From the NCBI GenBank assembly GCA_938008165.1, contig CALLLP010000001.1:67585-131584 (forward strand): DNA of 64,000 nt, in the 5' to 3' direction. The position numbers were made by a program, and so were the translations under genes. This document shows, piece by piece, positions 48,250-58,325 of this stretch; the first letter of the stretch is position 1, and each line of letters opens with the position of its first letter. Below the pieces are notes generated by a model. That model saw only the letters and a list, made by a program, of their open reading frames with translations. It did no database searches and was not told the origin of the DNA. Origin of the DNA: an uncultured Neomegalonema sp. GTDB taxonomy: Bacteria; Pseudomonadota; Alphaproteobacteria; Rhodobacterales; Rhodobacteraceae.

Positions 48250-49020
48250 ATGCCGCTGATCGAGATCGACAATCTGCATGTGACCTTCGGCAAGGGCCGC
48301 GATGCCGTGCGTGCGGTGCGCGGGGTGAGCGTATCGGTTGCGGCGTGCGAATCTTTCGGTCTGGTGGGCGAATCCGGTTCCGGTAAATCGACTATTCTGC
48401 GTGCAATCTGCGGCTTGGCGCCGGTGACGGGCGGGAATATCCGCATCAATGGCGTGCCGATGCCAAAACGCCGGACGAAGGCTTTTTCGAAGCGTATTCA
48501 GATGGTGTTTCAAGACCCCTATGCCGCTTTGCACCCAAAGCGCAGCGTGGATGCCACCCTCGCCGAGCCGTTGGCCATCCACGGAATCGCCGGGCGTGAC
48601 GAACGGGTGGTGCGGGCGATGCACGATGTGGGGCTAGACCCGCGCTTTCGCTTTCGCTATCCGCATCAATTGTCGGGCGGTCAGCGCCAACGTGTCGTCA
48701 TTGCCCGCGCGCTGATGCTGGAGCCTGAAATCCTGCTGCTTGACGAGCCGACATCGGCTCTCGATGCCTCGGTTCAGGCGGAGGTTCTGAACCTGCTGGC
48801 CCGGTTGCGGGTCGAGCGGTCGTTGACCTACCTGATGGTCAGTCATGACCTCGCTGTCATCGACCATATGTGCGACCGCCTCGCGGTGATGCAAAACGGG
48901 CAGGTGGTCGAGCAACTCGACCGTGCCGCGCTGGCCAATGATGGAGCGGTCGAGCCATATACGCGTGCGTTGTTCAGAGCCAGCGAGCATGACACGATGG
49001 GGCGGGTTTTCCCTGAATGA
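48250..49020 (+). CDS. ABC transporter ATP-binding protein (DppF/OppF-like)
   Basis: Starts at MPLIEIDNLHVTF within ORF 48226..49020. GESGSGKST, LSGGQRQRVVIARAL. Confidence 0.85.
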   Translation: MPLIEIDNLHVTFGKGRDAVRAVRGVSVSVAACESFGLVGESGSGKSTILRAICGLAPVTGGNIRINGVPMPKRRTKAFSKRIQMVFQDPYAALHPKRSVDATLAEPLAIHGIAGRDERVVRAMHDVGLDPRFRFRYPHQLSGGQRQRVVIARALMLEPEILLLDEPTSALDASVQAEVLNLLARLRVERSLTYLMVSHDLAVIDHMCDRLAVMQNGQVVEQLDRAALANDGAVEPYTRALFRASEHDTMGRVFPE

Positions 49021-49090
49021 CGTCGCGAAATGAATGAGACCTGTCGTCTCTTTTTTCGACGCTTGTGCCGCTGTGATGTAAATATCGGGC

Positions 49091-50752
49091 ATGGAAGCAG
49101 ATTATGTGATCATCGGTTCCGGCTCTGCCGGGGGAGCCATCGCTGCGCGCCTGTCGGAAGATGGGGCGCATTCCGTGCTGGTGCTGGAATATGGCGGCAC
49201 CGATGCGGGGCCGTTTATCCAGATGCCGGGCGCGCTGTCCTATCCGATGAACATGAAGCGCTACGATTGGGGGTTCTGGTCCGATCCTGAGCCGCATTTG
49301 GGCGGTCGGCGGTTGCCCTGTCCACGCGGCAAGGTGATCGGAGGGTCTTCCTCGATCAATGGCATGGTCTATGTGCGCGGCCATGCAAAGGACTTCGATC
49401 ATTGGGCCGAAACCGGCGCGGATGGCTGGGCCTATGCGGATGTACTGCCGTATTTCAAGCGGATGGAAAACTGGCATTCCGGCGGTCATGGTGGTGACAA
49501 GGCATGGCGCGGGACCGATGGACCGCTGTATGTGACGCGTGGTCCCCGCACCAATCCGCTGTTCGATGCCTTTGTCGAAGCGGGCCGCCAAGCGGGGTTT
49601 GAGACCACGGACGATTACAATGGCGAAAAAGGCGAAGGCTTTGGCCCCTTCGAGCAGACGGTCTGGCGCGGGCGGCGATGGTCGGTGGCCAATGCATATC
49701 TCCGCGATGCCCTGAAACGCCCGAATTGCGATATGCTACGCTGCTTTGCCCGGCGCGTTATCGTCGAGGACGGGCGCGCAACGGGGGTCGAGATCGAGCG
49801 CGGCGAACAGATTTCGGTCATCCGGGCACGGCGCGAGGTAATCGTCTCGGCATCCGCGATCAACTCACCGAAAATCCTGATGCTGAGTGGCATTGGGCCG
49901 GGGGCGCATCTGGCGGAGCATGGAATCGGCGTTATCGCGGATCGTCCCGGCGTGGGTCAGAACCTTCAGGATCATCTGGAACTCTATATCCAACAAGCGT
50001 CGCTTCAGCCTGTAACGCTCTACAAATACTGGAATATTTTTGGCAAGGCGCTGGTCGGAGCGCAATGGTTGCTCACCAAAACCGGCATCGGTGCGAGCAA
50101 TAATTTCGAAAGCTGTGCCTTTGTGCGCTCGAAAGCGGGGGTCGAATACCCGGATATCCAATTCCATTTCCTGCCCATCGCTGTGCGCTATGATGGCAAG
50201 GTCGCCGCCGAGGGCCACGGATTTCAGGCCCATACCGGACCAATGCGCTCGCCGTCTCGGGGGCGTGTGGCATTGACATCGGCGGACCCGAAGGACGATC
50301 CGTCGATCCTGTTCAACTATATGAGTCATGAGGACGACTGGGTCGATTTTCGCCATTGCATCCGCCTGACACGCGAAATTTTTGCGCAGCCCGCTTTTGC
50401 GCCTTATTCGGGTAAGGAAATTCAGCCCGGTGCGCAGGCCCAAAGCGACGATGAACTGGATAATTTCATCCGCGAGCATGCCGAGAGCGCCTATCACCCT
50501 TGCGGGACGATGAAGATGGGCCGCAGCGGCGATCCCATGGCGGTAGTCGATCCCGAATGCCGTGTGATCGGGGTCGAGGGCCTGCGTGTGGCGGATAGCT
50601 CCATTTTTCCGCGCATCCCCTATGGCAATCTCAATGCTCCCTCGATCATGGTGGGGGAGAAGGCGGCGGATCATATTCTGGGCAAGTCGATGCTGGCTCC
50701 CTTGAATGCTGAACCATGGATCAATCCGCGCTGGCAAGAATCGGATCGATAA
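49091..50752 (+). CDS. betA: choline dehydrogenase (GMC oxidoreductase)
   Basis: Collinear by eye with E. coli BetA: [75 protein letters not shown]. Confidence 0.85.
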   Translation: MEADYVIIGSGSAGGAIAARLSEDGAHSVLVLEYGGTDAGPFIQMPGALSYPMNMKRYDWGFWSDPEPHLGGRRLPCPRGKVIGGSSSINGMVYVRGHAKDFDHWAETGADGWAYADVLPYFKRMENWHSGGHGGDKAWRGTDGPLYVTRGPRTNPLFDAFVEAGRQAGFETTDDYNGEKGEGFGPFEQTVWRGRRWSVANAYLRDALKRPNCDMLRCFARRVIVEDGRATGVEIERGEQISVIRARREVIVSASAINSPKILMLSGIGPGAHLAEHGIGVIADRPGVGQNLQDHLELYIQQASLQPVTLYKYWNIFGKALVGAQWLLTKTGIGASNNFESCAFVRSKAGVEYPDIQFHFLPIAVRYDGKVAAEGHGFQAHTGPMRSPSRGRVALTSADPKDDPSILFNYMSHEDDWVDFRHCIRLTREIFAQPAFAPYSGKEIQPGAQAQSDDELDNFIREHAESAYHPCGTMKMGRSGDPMAVVDPECRVIGVEGLRVADSSIFPRIPYGNLNAPSIMVGEKAADHILGKSMLAPLNAEPWINPRWQESDR

Positions 50753-50831
50753 GGTTTTCGCTGACGGGCGAACGCGATAAGGTCGGCTCCCCGGAGCGAC
50801 TGATGCTCGCAAGCCTGATCGGACGGCATGA

Positions 50832-51806
50832 ATGAATCAAGACGCGCTACCCCGCTTCAAACCCCGCTTCCCATGGTGGGGGGGCGATCTTCAGACCGTT
50901 CGAAACCGGCTGATGCCTGACAGGAAGCCATTGCCCTGCATCACGCAAACGCGCCTCGTCGCCTTGTCGGATGGCACGGGCGACCGGATGATGGTGCAGC
51001 TCGATACCCCGCAAGAGGGCGGGCAAGGCCCGTTGATCGTGCTGATTCACGGGCTGATGGGCTGCGATCATTCGGCCTATATGCTCGCGGCTACCCGGTT
51101 TCATCTGTTGCGGGGGCGGCGGGTGCTGCGCGTTAATCTGCGCGGGGCGGGGCCATCGGCCAAATATGCGACGCGGTTTTATTTTGCGGGATGCTGGCCC
51201 GATATTCTCGCGGTGCTTGATGACCTGTCATCCGAGGCCCCGGAGGGGTTTTTCCTGACCGGATTTTCACTGGGGGGCAGTGTAACGCTCAATGCGCTGC
51301 CCAATCTGCCCGAAAGATTGCGGATTGTCGGCGCGGCGACGGTATCGACACCGATCGATCCGATGGCGGCGGCGGTGCGGTTGATGGAGCGGCGCAATGC
51401 CTTGTACGAATGGGCTTTCACCAGCGAAATGAAGCGATCCTATCGGCGGCTCGATATTCTGACGCCTGAGATGACCGATCGGCTTGACCGGGCAAAGACC
51501 ATCATTGCGGTGGATGATGCTGCGACTGCGCCTCTGCATGGGTATCCCGATGCGGCGACCTATTACGATGCGACTTCCGGGCAAAGAATGATCCCGCGCA
51601 TCGCTGTGCCGCTCTTGCTGATTCACGCGCAGGATGATCCGTGGATACCGCCTGCGCCCTATCTGGCCCTGCGCGATTCCCTGCCATCGAATGTTTCGCT
51701 GAGTCTGACGCGCCGGGGCGGGCATGTGGGGTTTCACGGCACCCATGGGCCGGAAGCATGGCACGATCTGCGGATCGATGCGTTTCTGCGCGAGATTGCG
51801 GCATGA
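50832..51806 (+). CDS. alpha/beta hydrolase, YheT-like
   Basis: 324 aa, PWWGGDLQTVRN N-terminal block, GFSLGG nucleophile elbow. Confidence 0.7.
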   Translation: MNQDALPRFKPRFPWWGGDLQTVRNRLMPDRKPLPCITQTRLVALSDGTGDRMMVQLDTPQEGGQGPLIVLIHGLMGCDHSAYMLAATRFHLLRGRRVLRVNLRGAGPSAKYATRFYFAGCWPDILAVLDDLSSEAPEGFFLTGFSLGGSVTLNALPNLPERLRIVGAATVSTPIDPMAAAVRLMERRNALYEWAFTSEMKRSYRRLDILTPEMTDRLDRAKTIIAVDDAATAPLHGYPDAATYYDATSGQRMIPRIAVPLLLIHAQDDPWIPPAPYLALRDSLPSNVSLSLTRRGGHVGFHGTHGPEAWHDLRIDAFLREIAA

Positions 51807-51857
51807 AGCGGCATCGTGACCCTCGACAGACCGGCGCCGCTGCGCCAGTTTTGCCCT

Positions 51858-53090
51858 ATGAATGATATGACCGAGACGGATGTTGCAATCGTGGGCGCGG
51901 GATTGAACGGGGCGGCCTTGGCGCTGGCCTTGGCGCGGGAGGGATTTTCCGTGCGTCTGTTCGATGCGGCCCCGATCGAAATCCGTGCGGATGAGGTGTT
52001 CGATGGCCGGGCAACCGCGATCGCCGCCGGGTCGCGGGCGATGCTGCGCAAATTGGGTGTCTGGGCACGGGTGGCGGAGACGGTCGAGCCGATCTCGGAT
52101 ATTCTTGTCAGCGATGGTCGCGTATCCGAGGGGGCCTCGCCTCTGTTCCTGCATTTCGATCATCGTGAAGTCGGGGACGAGCCGTTCGGAACCTTGGTCG
52201 AAAACCGATTCCTGCGCCGCGCGCTCTACGATGCTGTGGCCGAGAGCGACGCAATCGAGCATGTCGCGCCGGTTCGGGTCGAGCGGGTAGACTACGGGAC
52301 AGGCTGGGCGAATGTGCATCTGGACGATGGCACCGCCCATCGTGCACGGCTGGTCGTGGCCTGCGATGGTCGCCGGTCGCGGATCGCGCGGGATGCCGGG
52401 GTGCGCTATACCGGCTGGGACTATAACCAGACGGGGATCGTCTGTACCGTCGAGCATGAAAGACCTCATGAGGGCGTCGCGCATGAATATTTCCTGCCCT
52501 CTGGTCCCTTTGCGATCCTGCCGCTTAAAGACAATCGCTCGTCCCTTGTCTGGACCGAGCGCCCCGATTTGGCAAAGGCGGCAATGGGTTTGGACGATGC
52601 CGCTTTCGGGGCGGAGGTTGCGCGGCGGTTCGGGACGTTTTTGGGTGAGGTGACTGTCACGGGGCCGCGCTGGAGCTATCCGGTCTCCCTGTCGCTGGCG
52701 CATGATTACGTGTGCCCGCGTCTTGCGCTGGTAGGGGATGCTGCCCATGGGGTGCATCCGATTGCGGGGCAGGGCCTCAATCTGGGGTTCAAGGATTCCG
52801 CCGCCCTAGCGCAAACGCTGGGCGAGGCCGCGCGTCGGGGCGAGGATATCGGCGATCTCAACGTCTTGCGCCGGTATGAGCGGTGGCGGCGGTTTGACAA
52901 TACGGCGATGGCGCTGGGGATGGATGCGCTGAACCGCCTGTTCTCGAACGACATTGCCCCGCTGCGGCTTGCGCGGGATATCGGAATCGCGGCAGTGGGC
53001 CGGATCGGGCCGTTGCGGCGGATGTTTATGCGTCAGGCGGCGGGGATGACCCCCGGATTGCCCCGCGTCATGCAGGAGAATGCACGGTGA
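51858..53090 (+). CDS. UbiH/UbiF/VisC/COQ6 family ubiquinone-biosynthesis flavin monooxygenase
   Basis: ORF 51816..53090, started at Met15. VAIVGAGLNGAALALAL FAD motif, LVGDAAHGVHPIAGQGLNLG. Confidence 0.85.
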   Translation: MNDMTETDVAIVGAGLNGAALALALAREGFSVRLFDAAPIEIRADEVFDGRATAIAAGSRAMLRKLGVWARVAETVEPISDILVSDGRVSEGASPLFLHFDHREVGDEPFGTLVENRFLRRALYDAVAESDAIEHVAPVRVERVDYGTGWANVHLDDGTAHRARLVVACDGRRSRIARDAGVRYTGWDYNQTGIVCTVEHERPHEGVAHEYFLPSGPFAILPLKDNRSSLVWTERPDLAKAAMGLDDAAFGAEVARRFGTFLGEVTVTGPRWSYPVSLSLAHDYVCPRLALVGDAAHGVHPIAGQGLNLGFKDSAALAQTLGEAARRGEDIGDLNVLRRYERWRRFDNTAMALGMDALNRLFSNDIAPLRLARDIGIAAVGRIGPLRRMFMRQAAGMTPGLPRVMQENAR

Positions 53091-53470
53091 AGCACGTCAA
53101 GGACATGGTGGCCGAGGCCAACGAGATCGTGGATACCCTCACGGTAGAAGAGGCGATGGCCCTGCACGGACAGGAAGGTGTCACCTTCGTCGATCTGCGC
53201 GATCCGCGTGAATTGCAGCGCGACGACATGATTCCCGGCGCGTTTCACTGCACGCGTGGCATGCTCGAATTCTGGATCGATCCGGAAAGCCCGTATGCGA
53301 AAGAGATCTTTCAGTCGGGCAATCGCTTTGTGTTTTACTGCGCCTCCGGTTGGCGTTCGGCCCTGTCGGCGAGAACCGCGCAGGAGATGGGGCTTGAGAA
53401 TGTCAGCCATATTCGCGGCGGCTTTGGCGGATGGAAAAAGGCCGGGGGAGCGGTGGCTCCGAAGACATGA
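53087..53470 (+). CDS. rhodanese-like domain protein
   Basis: The GTG start overlaps the upstream stop (GTGA). Active-site loop CASGWRS. Confidence 0.8.
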   Translation: MKHVKDMVAEANEIVDTLTVEEAMALHGQEGVTFVDLRDPRELQRDDMIPGAFHCTRGMLEFWIDPESPYAKEIFQSGNRFVFYCASGWRSALSARTAQEMGLENVSHIRGGFGGWKKAGGAVAPKT

Positions 53471-53581
53471 AACGCATCTGAATTTCGGTTCTATCTGATA
53501 CTTTTTCGATACTCATTGTCTTAAAAATGGTTTAAAGACATCGATGTCGTATCACGTTTAGGTTGTTCGCCGGGGAGCGGC

Positions 53582-55708
53582 ATGGATTTGCAAAAACCCC
53601 GGTTTCTGAGCCTTGTCCGGGTTCTCCCGACCATTGCGGCTGTGCTCTGTGTTGCGGCACTCGGACTCGTCTTCGCCATTTCCTTCGTTGCGCTGATCTA
53701 TACCGGGCCGTTATCGTCCTTTTTGGGACCGGCGATCGTCCTGACGCTGGTGGGAACGGCGATCATGGTGGTGGTCGGCGCGATGATGCATCGCTTGCCG
53801 GTCCTCTCCAATCCGCAGGACACCACCGCCCTGCTGCTGGCAAGTGCTTTGGCCAGTGTGACCGCTGCGAATCCCGATGCGATCAATGGTCCGACGGTTG
53901 CCGCGTTGATCGCGCTGATGACGGCCATTACCGGGGTTCTGGTCTATGGGGCCGGGCGGTTGAGGGTCGGGTATCTGGCACGGTATATTCCCTATCCGGT
54001 ACTGGGTGGATTCTTGGCGGCGACGGGGTATCTGCTGACGACAGGTGCGATCGGCCTCTTGATGGATCAATCTATCCAATTTACCGATTTGCCGGGTCTT
54101 TTCGAGGCAGACGCCGTTCTCCGTTGGTTGCCATGGATCGGGCTTGCGGCGGTGGTGGTGGTCGCTGCACGCGTCTTTTCAAGTGATCTGACCTTGCCTG
54201 CCTGCGTTCTGATGATCGGGGTTGGCTTCTATCTCTGGCTCTATATCGCCGGTATCGACATGCAATCGGCGGCGGATCGGGGATGGTTGCTCGGCCCGTT
54301 TCCTGCGCCGGAGGGCGGGGAATACGACATAGCGGATTTGATCGCGCAGGTGGATATCGTTGCCATCGGTGGCCAGATGCATCTGATCTTCGGGGTTGTC
54401 GCCCTCGCGATCCTCGGAGCTTTGCTGAATATGTCCGGTCTGGAGGTCGCGTATAAGCAACGGAGCGACCTAGATGCGGATCTGCGCGCTGTTGGCGTGG
54501 CCAATATGGCGGCATCGGTGGGCGGTGGGCTGGTCGGATGGCCCATGATCGGTAAGAGTTTGCTGGCGGCGCGGCTGAATCTGCCCATCGCGCTATCGGC
54601 GGGATCGGTGGCGGTGGCCTGCCTTGCGGGGGCGGTTTTCGGCGGAGATATTCTGGAATCGCTACCCCGTGGCCTGTTCGCAACCCTTGTCGGCTATCTG
54701 GGGATCGATCTGCTGGTACAATGGCTCTGGGTCGAGCGGCGCGGGTTTCCCCTTCGGGATTTCGCCATCGTCATGTTGATCTTGCTGACCGCGATGACCG
54801 TCGGATTTCTGACCGCCATCGCCGTTGGAATCACAGCGGCGGCTGTTTTGTTCGTGGCCAGCTATGCGCGGCTCGACCCCGTTTTTGCCCGCAGTTCCAG
54901 CGCCGTCAGACGGTCGGTCGTCGAGCGCTCCGATGCGGATAGCGAGCGCTTGGCGAAAATCGGCGATAGCATCGTTATCATCGAATTGACCGGGTTCATG
55001 TTCTTCGGATCGGCCTATCGTCTGTCGGAGCGGGTGCGAGCGGATATCGCATCGGAGGGGATGGGCGAGCTTATCCTCGATTTTGCGCGGGTGAATGGCG
55101 TCGATGTCTCCGCGATTCGGGGACTTGCCCAGATCGCGGATGCTTGCACCGATCATGATGTGCGGTTGACGATGTCGGCCCTGCCTGTGGAAACGGCGGC
55201 CCTGATCGCGCGGCAAGGGGACATGGCTCCCGATATCCTGCCCACCCTGGACGATGCCCTGCGCGCCGCCGAGGATCGTCTTCTCGCCGTGGGTGCGGGG
55301 CAGGCCGTGCCCTCCGATTGCGCAGGTTGGGCGCAGATACTGGGCACGCATACCCCGACCGTCTCGCTTGCACCCGATGAGCAGCTTTTTGCCCAAGGAT
55401 CGACATCGCGCTCAATCTATATCCTGTGCGTGGGAACGGCGCGGGCTGAAGTCTTGGCGAAGGGAGCGGAACCGCTGGTCGTTGCGCGGCACCTGCCCGG
55501 CTCGATCATCGGTGAAATCGCCTTCACCACCGGCCTTCCACGAACCGCGAGTGTGGTGGCAGAGACGGCCTGCGAACTGATGGTCATCGATGCGGATTGC
55601 TTGGACGAGATGTCGATCGATCGGGGGGCGTTCTATGCGATCGTGGCGGCACGTCTGGGCGAGCGATTGGCACGCAATACGCGGCTGTTGCAGCAGATGT
55701 CACATTGA
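53582..55708 (+). CDS. SulP family anion transporter fused to STAS and cyclic-nucleotide-binding domains
   Basis: About 430 aa polytopic N-terminal part, a STAS-like middle part (VIIELTGFMFFGSA), and a C-terminal cNMP-binding block GSIIGEIAFTTGLPRTASVVA. Confidence 0.8.
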   Translation: MDLQKPRFLSLVRVLPTIAAVLCVAALGLVFAISFVALIYTGPLSSFLGPAIVLTLVGTAIMVVVGAMMHRLPVLSNPQDTTALLLASALASVTAANPDAINGPTVAALIALMTAITGVLVYGAGRLRVGYLARYIPYPVLGGFLAATGYLLTTGAIGLLMDQSIQFTDLPGLFEADAVLRWLPWIGLAAVVVVAARVFSSDLTLPACVLMIGVGFYLWLYIAGIDMQSAADRGWLLGPFPAPEGGEYDIADLIAQVDIVAIGGQMHLIFGVVALAILGALLNMSGLEVAYKQRSDLDADLRAVGVANMAASVGGGLVGWPMIGKSLLAARLNLPIALSAGSVAVACLAGAVFGGDILESLPRGLFATLVGYLGIDLLVQWLWVERRGFPLRDFAIVMLILLTAMTVGFLTAIAVGITAAAVLFVASYARLDPVFARSSSAVRRSVVERSDADSERLAKIGDSIVIIELTGFMFFGSAYRLSERVRADIASEGMGELILDFARVNGVDVSAIRGLAQIADACTDHDVRLTMSALPVETAALIARQGDMAPDILPTLDDALRAAEDRLLAVGAGQAVPSDCAGWAQILGTHTPTVSLAPDEQLFAQGSTSRSIYILCVGTARAEVLAKGAEPLVVARHLPGSIIGEIAFTTGLPRTASVVAETACELMVIDADCLDEMSIDRGAFYAIVAARLGERLARNTRLLQQMSH

Positions 55709-55748
55709 TTGACACTGCGGCATTGACCGTGACCGGAGACAGATTTCG

Positions 55749-56612
55749 ATGAAACTTACCGCTCCCCATCATCCATTCCCCGCCGATGCCGAAGATCGCC
55801 GGGCGGTAGCGCCGGTCATTTGTTATCCGGTCGATACCCTGCCACCGCCCGATCTGGCGCTGTATGCGCGGGCGCGCGAGGGGATGGAGAAAATCGGCGA
55901 GGTGTTGGTCCCCCCCCGCGAAGCGCGCATGTTTGACGCTCCCGCCGGAACCTTCTTTCGAATTATCAGCGTCGACGGACCGCAGGTCGGCGATCTGAAT
56001 CTGTGGAACAAGCATGATCTGTCCGAACGATTCTATGCGGGCAAGACCCGTGCTCTACATGGCACGCATCTGAGCACCGGCGACCGGATGTGGAGCAGCT
56101 TTCCCACCCTGCGCCCGATGGCCACGATTACCGATGACACGCTTGATTGGTATGGCTTCGATGACTTTGGCGGCAGTGTGCATGACGTGATCGGCACGCG
56201 TTGCGATCCCTATACGGCGATGCTGTTGAGCGGGGCACCCTATCACCAATGTTGTCACAGCAACCTCGCGCGGGCGCTTGCCACGCAAACGGGCCGCGAT
56301 GCTCGCGAGATCGAGGCCCATGTGCATGATGTCCTGAATGTTTTCATGTGCACCGGCTTCACGCGCGACACACAGCAATATTTCATGAAGGCGACGCCCG
56401 TGCGTCCGGGCGATTATCTCGAATTTTTCGCGGAGATCGATTTGACCGGAGGGCTATCGGCCTGTCCCGGCGGTGCCTGCGACGACAAGCACAGCAGTGA
56501 TACGGCCCCATGCCATCCCTTGCTTGTAGAAATGTACCGGCCCGTGAACGACGCGCTGGCCGGATGGTCATCGCCGCCGGTGAACGGATATGATCGCAGC
56601 CACGGGGTCTGA
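55749..56612 (+). CDS. DUF1989 (urea carboxylase-associated protein-like) family protein
   Basis: 287 aa. PREARMFDAPAGTFFRIISVDGPQVGDLNLWN and the following blocks match my recollection of DUF1989. Confidence 0.65.
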   Translation: MKLTAPHHPFPADAEDRRAVAPVICYPVDTLPPPDLALYARAREGMEKIGEVLVPPREARMFDAPAGTFFRIISVDGPQVGDLNLWNKHDLSERFYAGKTRALHGTHLSTGDRMWSSFPTLRPMATITDDTLDWYGFDDFGGSVHDVIGTRCDPYTAMLLSGAPYHQCCHSNLARALATQTGRDAREIEAHVHDVLNVFMCTGFTRDTQQYFMKATPVRPGDYLEFFAEIDLTGGLSACPGGACDDKHSSDTAPCHPLLVEMYRPVNDALAGWSSPPVNGYDRSHGV

Positions 56613-56701
56613 CCCCCGTATATCTCACGAAATCTGCATCTTGAGCCTCCCCCACAGCGAAGCGGGGCAGGCATTATGATGCGGTTTTTTCTGAGCTACC
56701 C

Positions 56702-58045
56702 TCACCCCGTCTGAAGATAGTTTTCCTTCGAATCGTCCAGCGCATCTTTCCATGGCGTATGGTGCGGCGGGGCCAGAGTGCCGGTCAGGGGAGATGTGTG
56801 TCCGTAATTGCGGAACTCCATGATCCCCTTTTTCTTGTTCTTCTTCCATTCAAAGAACGCCTGATTGGCTGCCTGCACGTCAAAGCCGGGGTAATCGGTC
56901 TCGTCCATCAACTCTTCGGTATAGGCGCCCTGATAGCGGATCGCGCCGTAATCGTCTTCGATGGCGTCCTCGTTGGCGATACGGGCATCGACATCGGCGC
57001 GCATCGTCGCTTCATCGGGCAAGGCAATGCGGCCCATGATGACATCCCGCGCCCACCATGCCTGCGCGTCGAACATGTTGAATGTGTACCACTGATCCTG
57101 CATCCCCAGATACATCAGCTTCGGATTCGCGACGAAAGCCACGCCTTTGTAGAGATCGGCGGTCGCGAGGCGGTTGGCGGTGCGCAGGCGCAGCGCATCC
57201 TCCATGAAGGGGAAATGGTGCTGATACCCGGTGCACAAGATTATCGCGTCGATTTCCTTGCTGGTGCCGTCGATGAAATGGGCGGTGTGGCCGTCCATGC
57301 GGTCCAGTTTCGGCACTTCCTGCCAGTTTTCGGGCCAGTCATACCCCATGGGTGCCGTGCGATGCGCGACCGTCACTGATTTGCAGCCGTATTTCCAGCA
57401 TTGCGAGCCAATATCTTCCGCCGAATAGCTGGTGCCGAGAATCAGGATGTTGCGATCCTTGAACTCCACCGCATCGCGGAAGTCATGGGCATGCAGAACG
57501 CGGCCCGGAAAACTGTCGAAACCGGGATATTCCGGCACATTCGGGGTCGAGAAATGACCGCTGGCGCAAATGACATGATCCACATGATCGATGATTTCGC
57601 GGTCATTCACCTGATCCTGCACGACCATGCGGAACTGACCTTTCGCATCGTCGTATTCGACCCGGCGAACGGGATGGTTGAACTTGATCCAGTCGCGCAC
57701 GCCCGCTTTTTTCACCCGGCCTTCGATATAATCGAACAGAACCGCGCGGGGTGGAAAGGAGGCAATCGGCTTGCCGAAATGCTCCTCAAAGCCGTAATCG
57801 GCGAATTCGAGACCCTCCTTCGGGCCATTCGACCACAGATAGCGATACATCGAGCCATGGACCGGCTCGCCATATTCATCCAGACCCGTGCGCCATGAAT
57901 ATTTCCACAGGCCACCCCAATCGTCCTGCTTTTCATAGCAGACGATATCGGGGATTTCGGCCCCCTGTTCCTTCGCGGATTGGAACGCGCGAAGTTGTGC
58001 GAGGCCCGATGGTCCCGCACCGATGATGGCGACCCGTTTGGTCAT
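56702..58045 (-). CDS. tmm: flavin-containing monooxygenase, trimethylamine monooxygenase type
   Basis: [66 protein letters not shown]. Closely matches bacterial Tmm as I remember it. Confidence 0.85.
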   Translation of the reverse strand: MTKRVAIIGAGPSGLAQLRAFQSAKEQGAEIPDIVCYEKQDDWGGLWKYSWRTGLDEYGEPVHGSMYRYLWSNGPKEGLEFADYGFEEHFGKPIASFPPRAVLFDYIEGRVKKAGVRDWIKFNHPVRRVEYDDAKGQFRMVVQDQVNDREIIDHVDHVICASGHFSTPNVPEYPGFDSFPGRVLHAHDFRDAVEFKDRNILILGTSYSAEDIGSQCWKYGCKSVTVAHRTAPMGYDWPENWQEVPKLDRMDGHTAHFIDGTSKEIDAIILCTGYQHHFPFMEDALRLRTANRLATADLYKGVAFVANPKLMYLGMQDQWYTFNMFDAQAWWARDVIMGRIALPDEATMRADVDARIANEDAIEDDYGAIRYQGAYTEELMDETDYPGFDVQAANQAFFEWKKNKKKGIMEFRNYGHTSPLTGTLAPPHHTPWKDALDDSKENYLQTG

Positions 58046-58325
58046 GATGAACTCCCTTTCGTATCGCGGCGTTGTTTACCGTCATCGCCTATTCTAATCG
58101 CATCCCGCGCGACGAGGGCAATAGGATTTGGGGGCGTTTGACGTTTTCTCACCTCTGCGTGAAAGCGGCCCGGAGTGATTGTCAGGCGCAACACGATCGC
58201 GGAGTATGAAATCGGACTATCGGGCGCGGATAACCCTTTCAATACCGCCATCAATGCGGTGAAGGGCGGCTCACACCTGTTCCGCTCCGCGCCCGGAATG
58301 TCCCGTATTGTAGGAGATTGGAAGC

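Noticed and set aside
51267-52757. 496-aa minus-strand ORF over the YheT-like and UbiH-family genes
   Set aside because: It is antisense to two genes with clear family motifs, and its sequence is Arg/Pro-rich with no domain signature.
58042-58254. 70-aa minus-strand ORF upstream of tmm whose stop overlaps the tmm ATG (ATGA), suggesting a coupled leader peptide
   Set aside because: Only about 11 of its first 18 codons end in G or C, and it uses rare codons such as TTA and GTA, unlike the surrounding genes. It starts at a TTG/ATG without a clear Shine-Dalgarno and has no recognisable features. It is most likely non-coding 5' leader.
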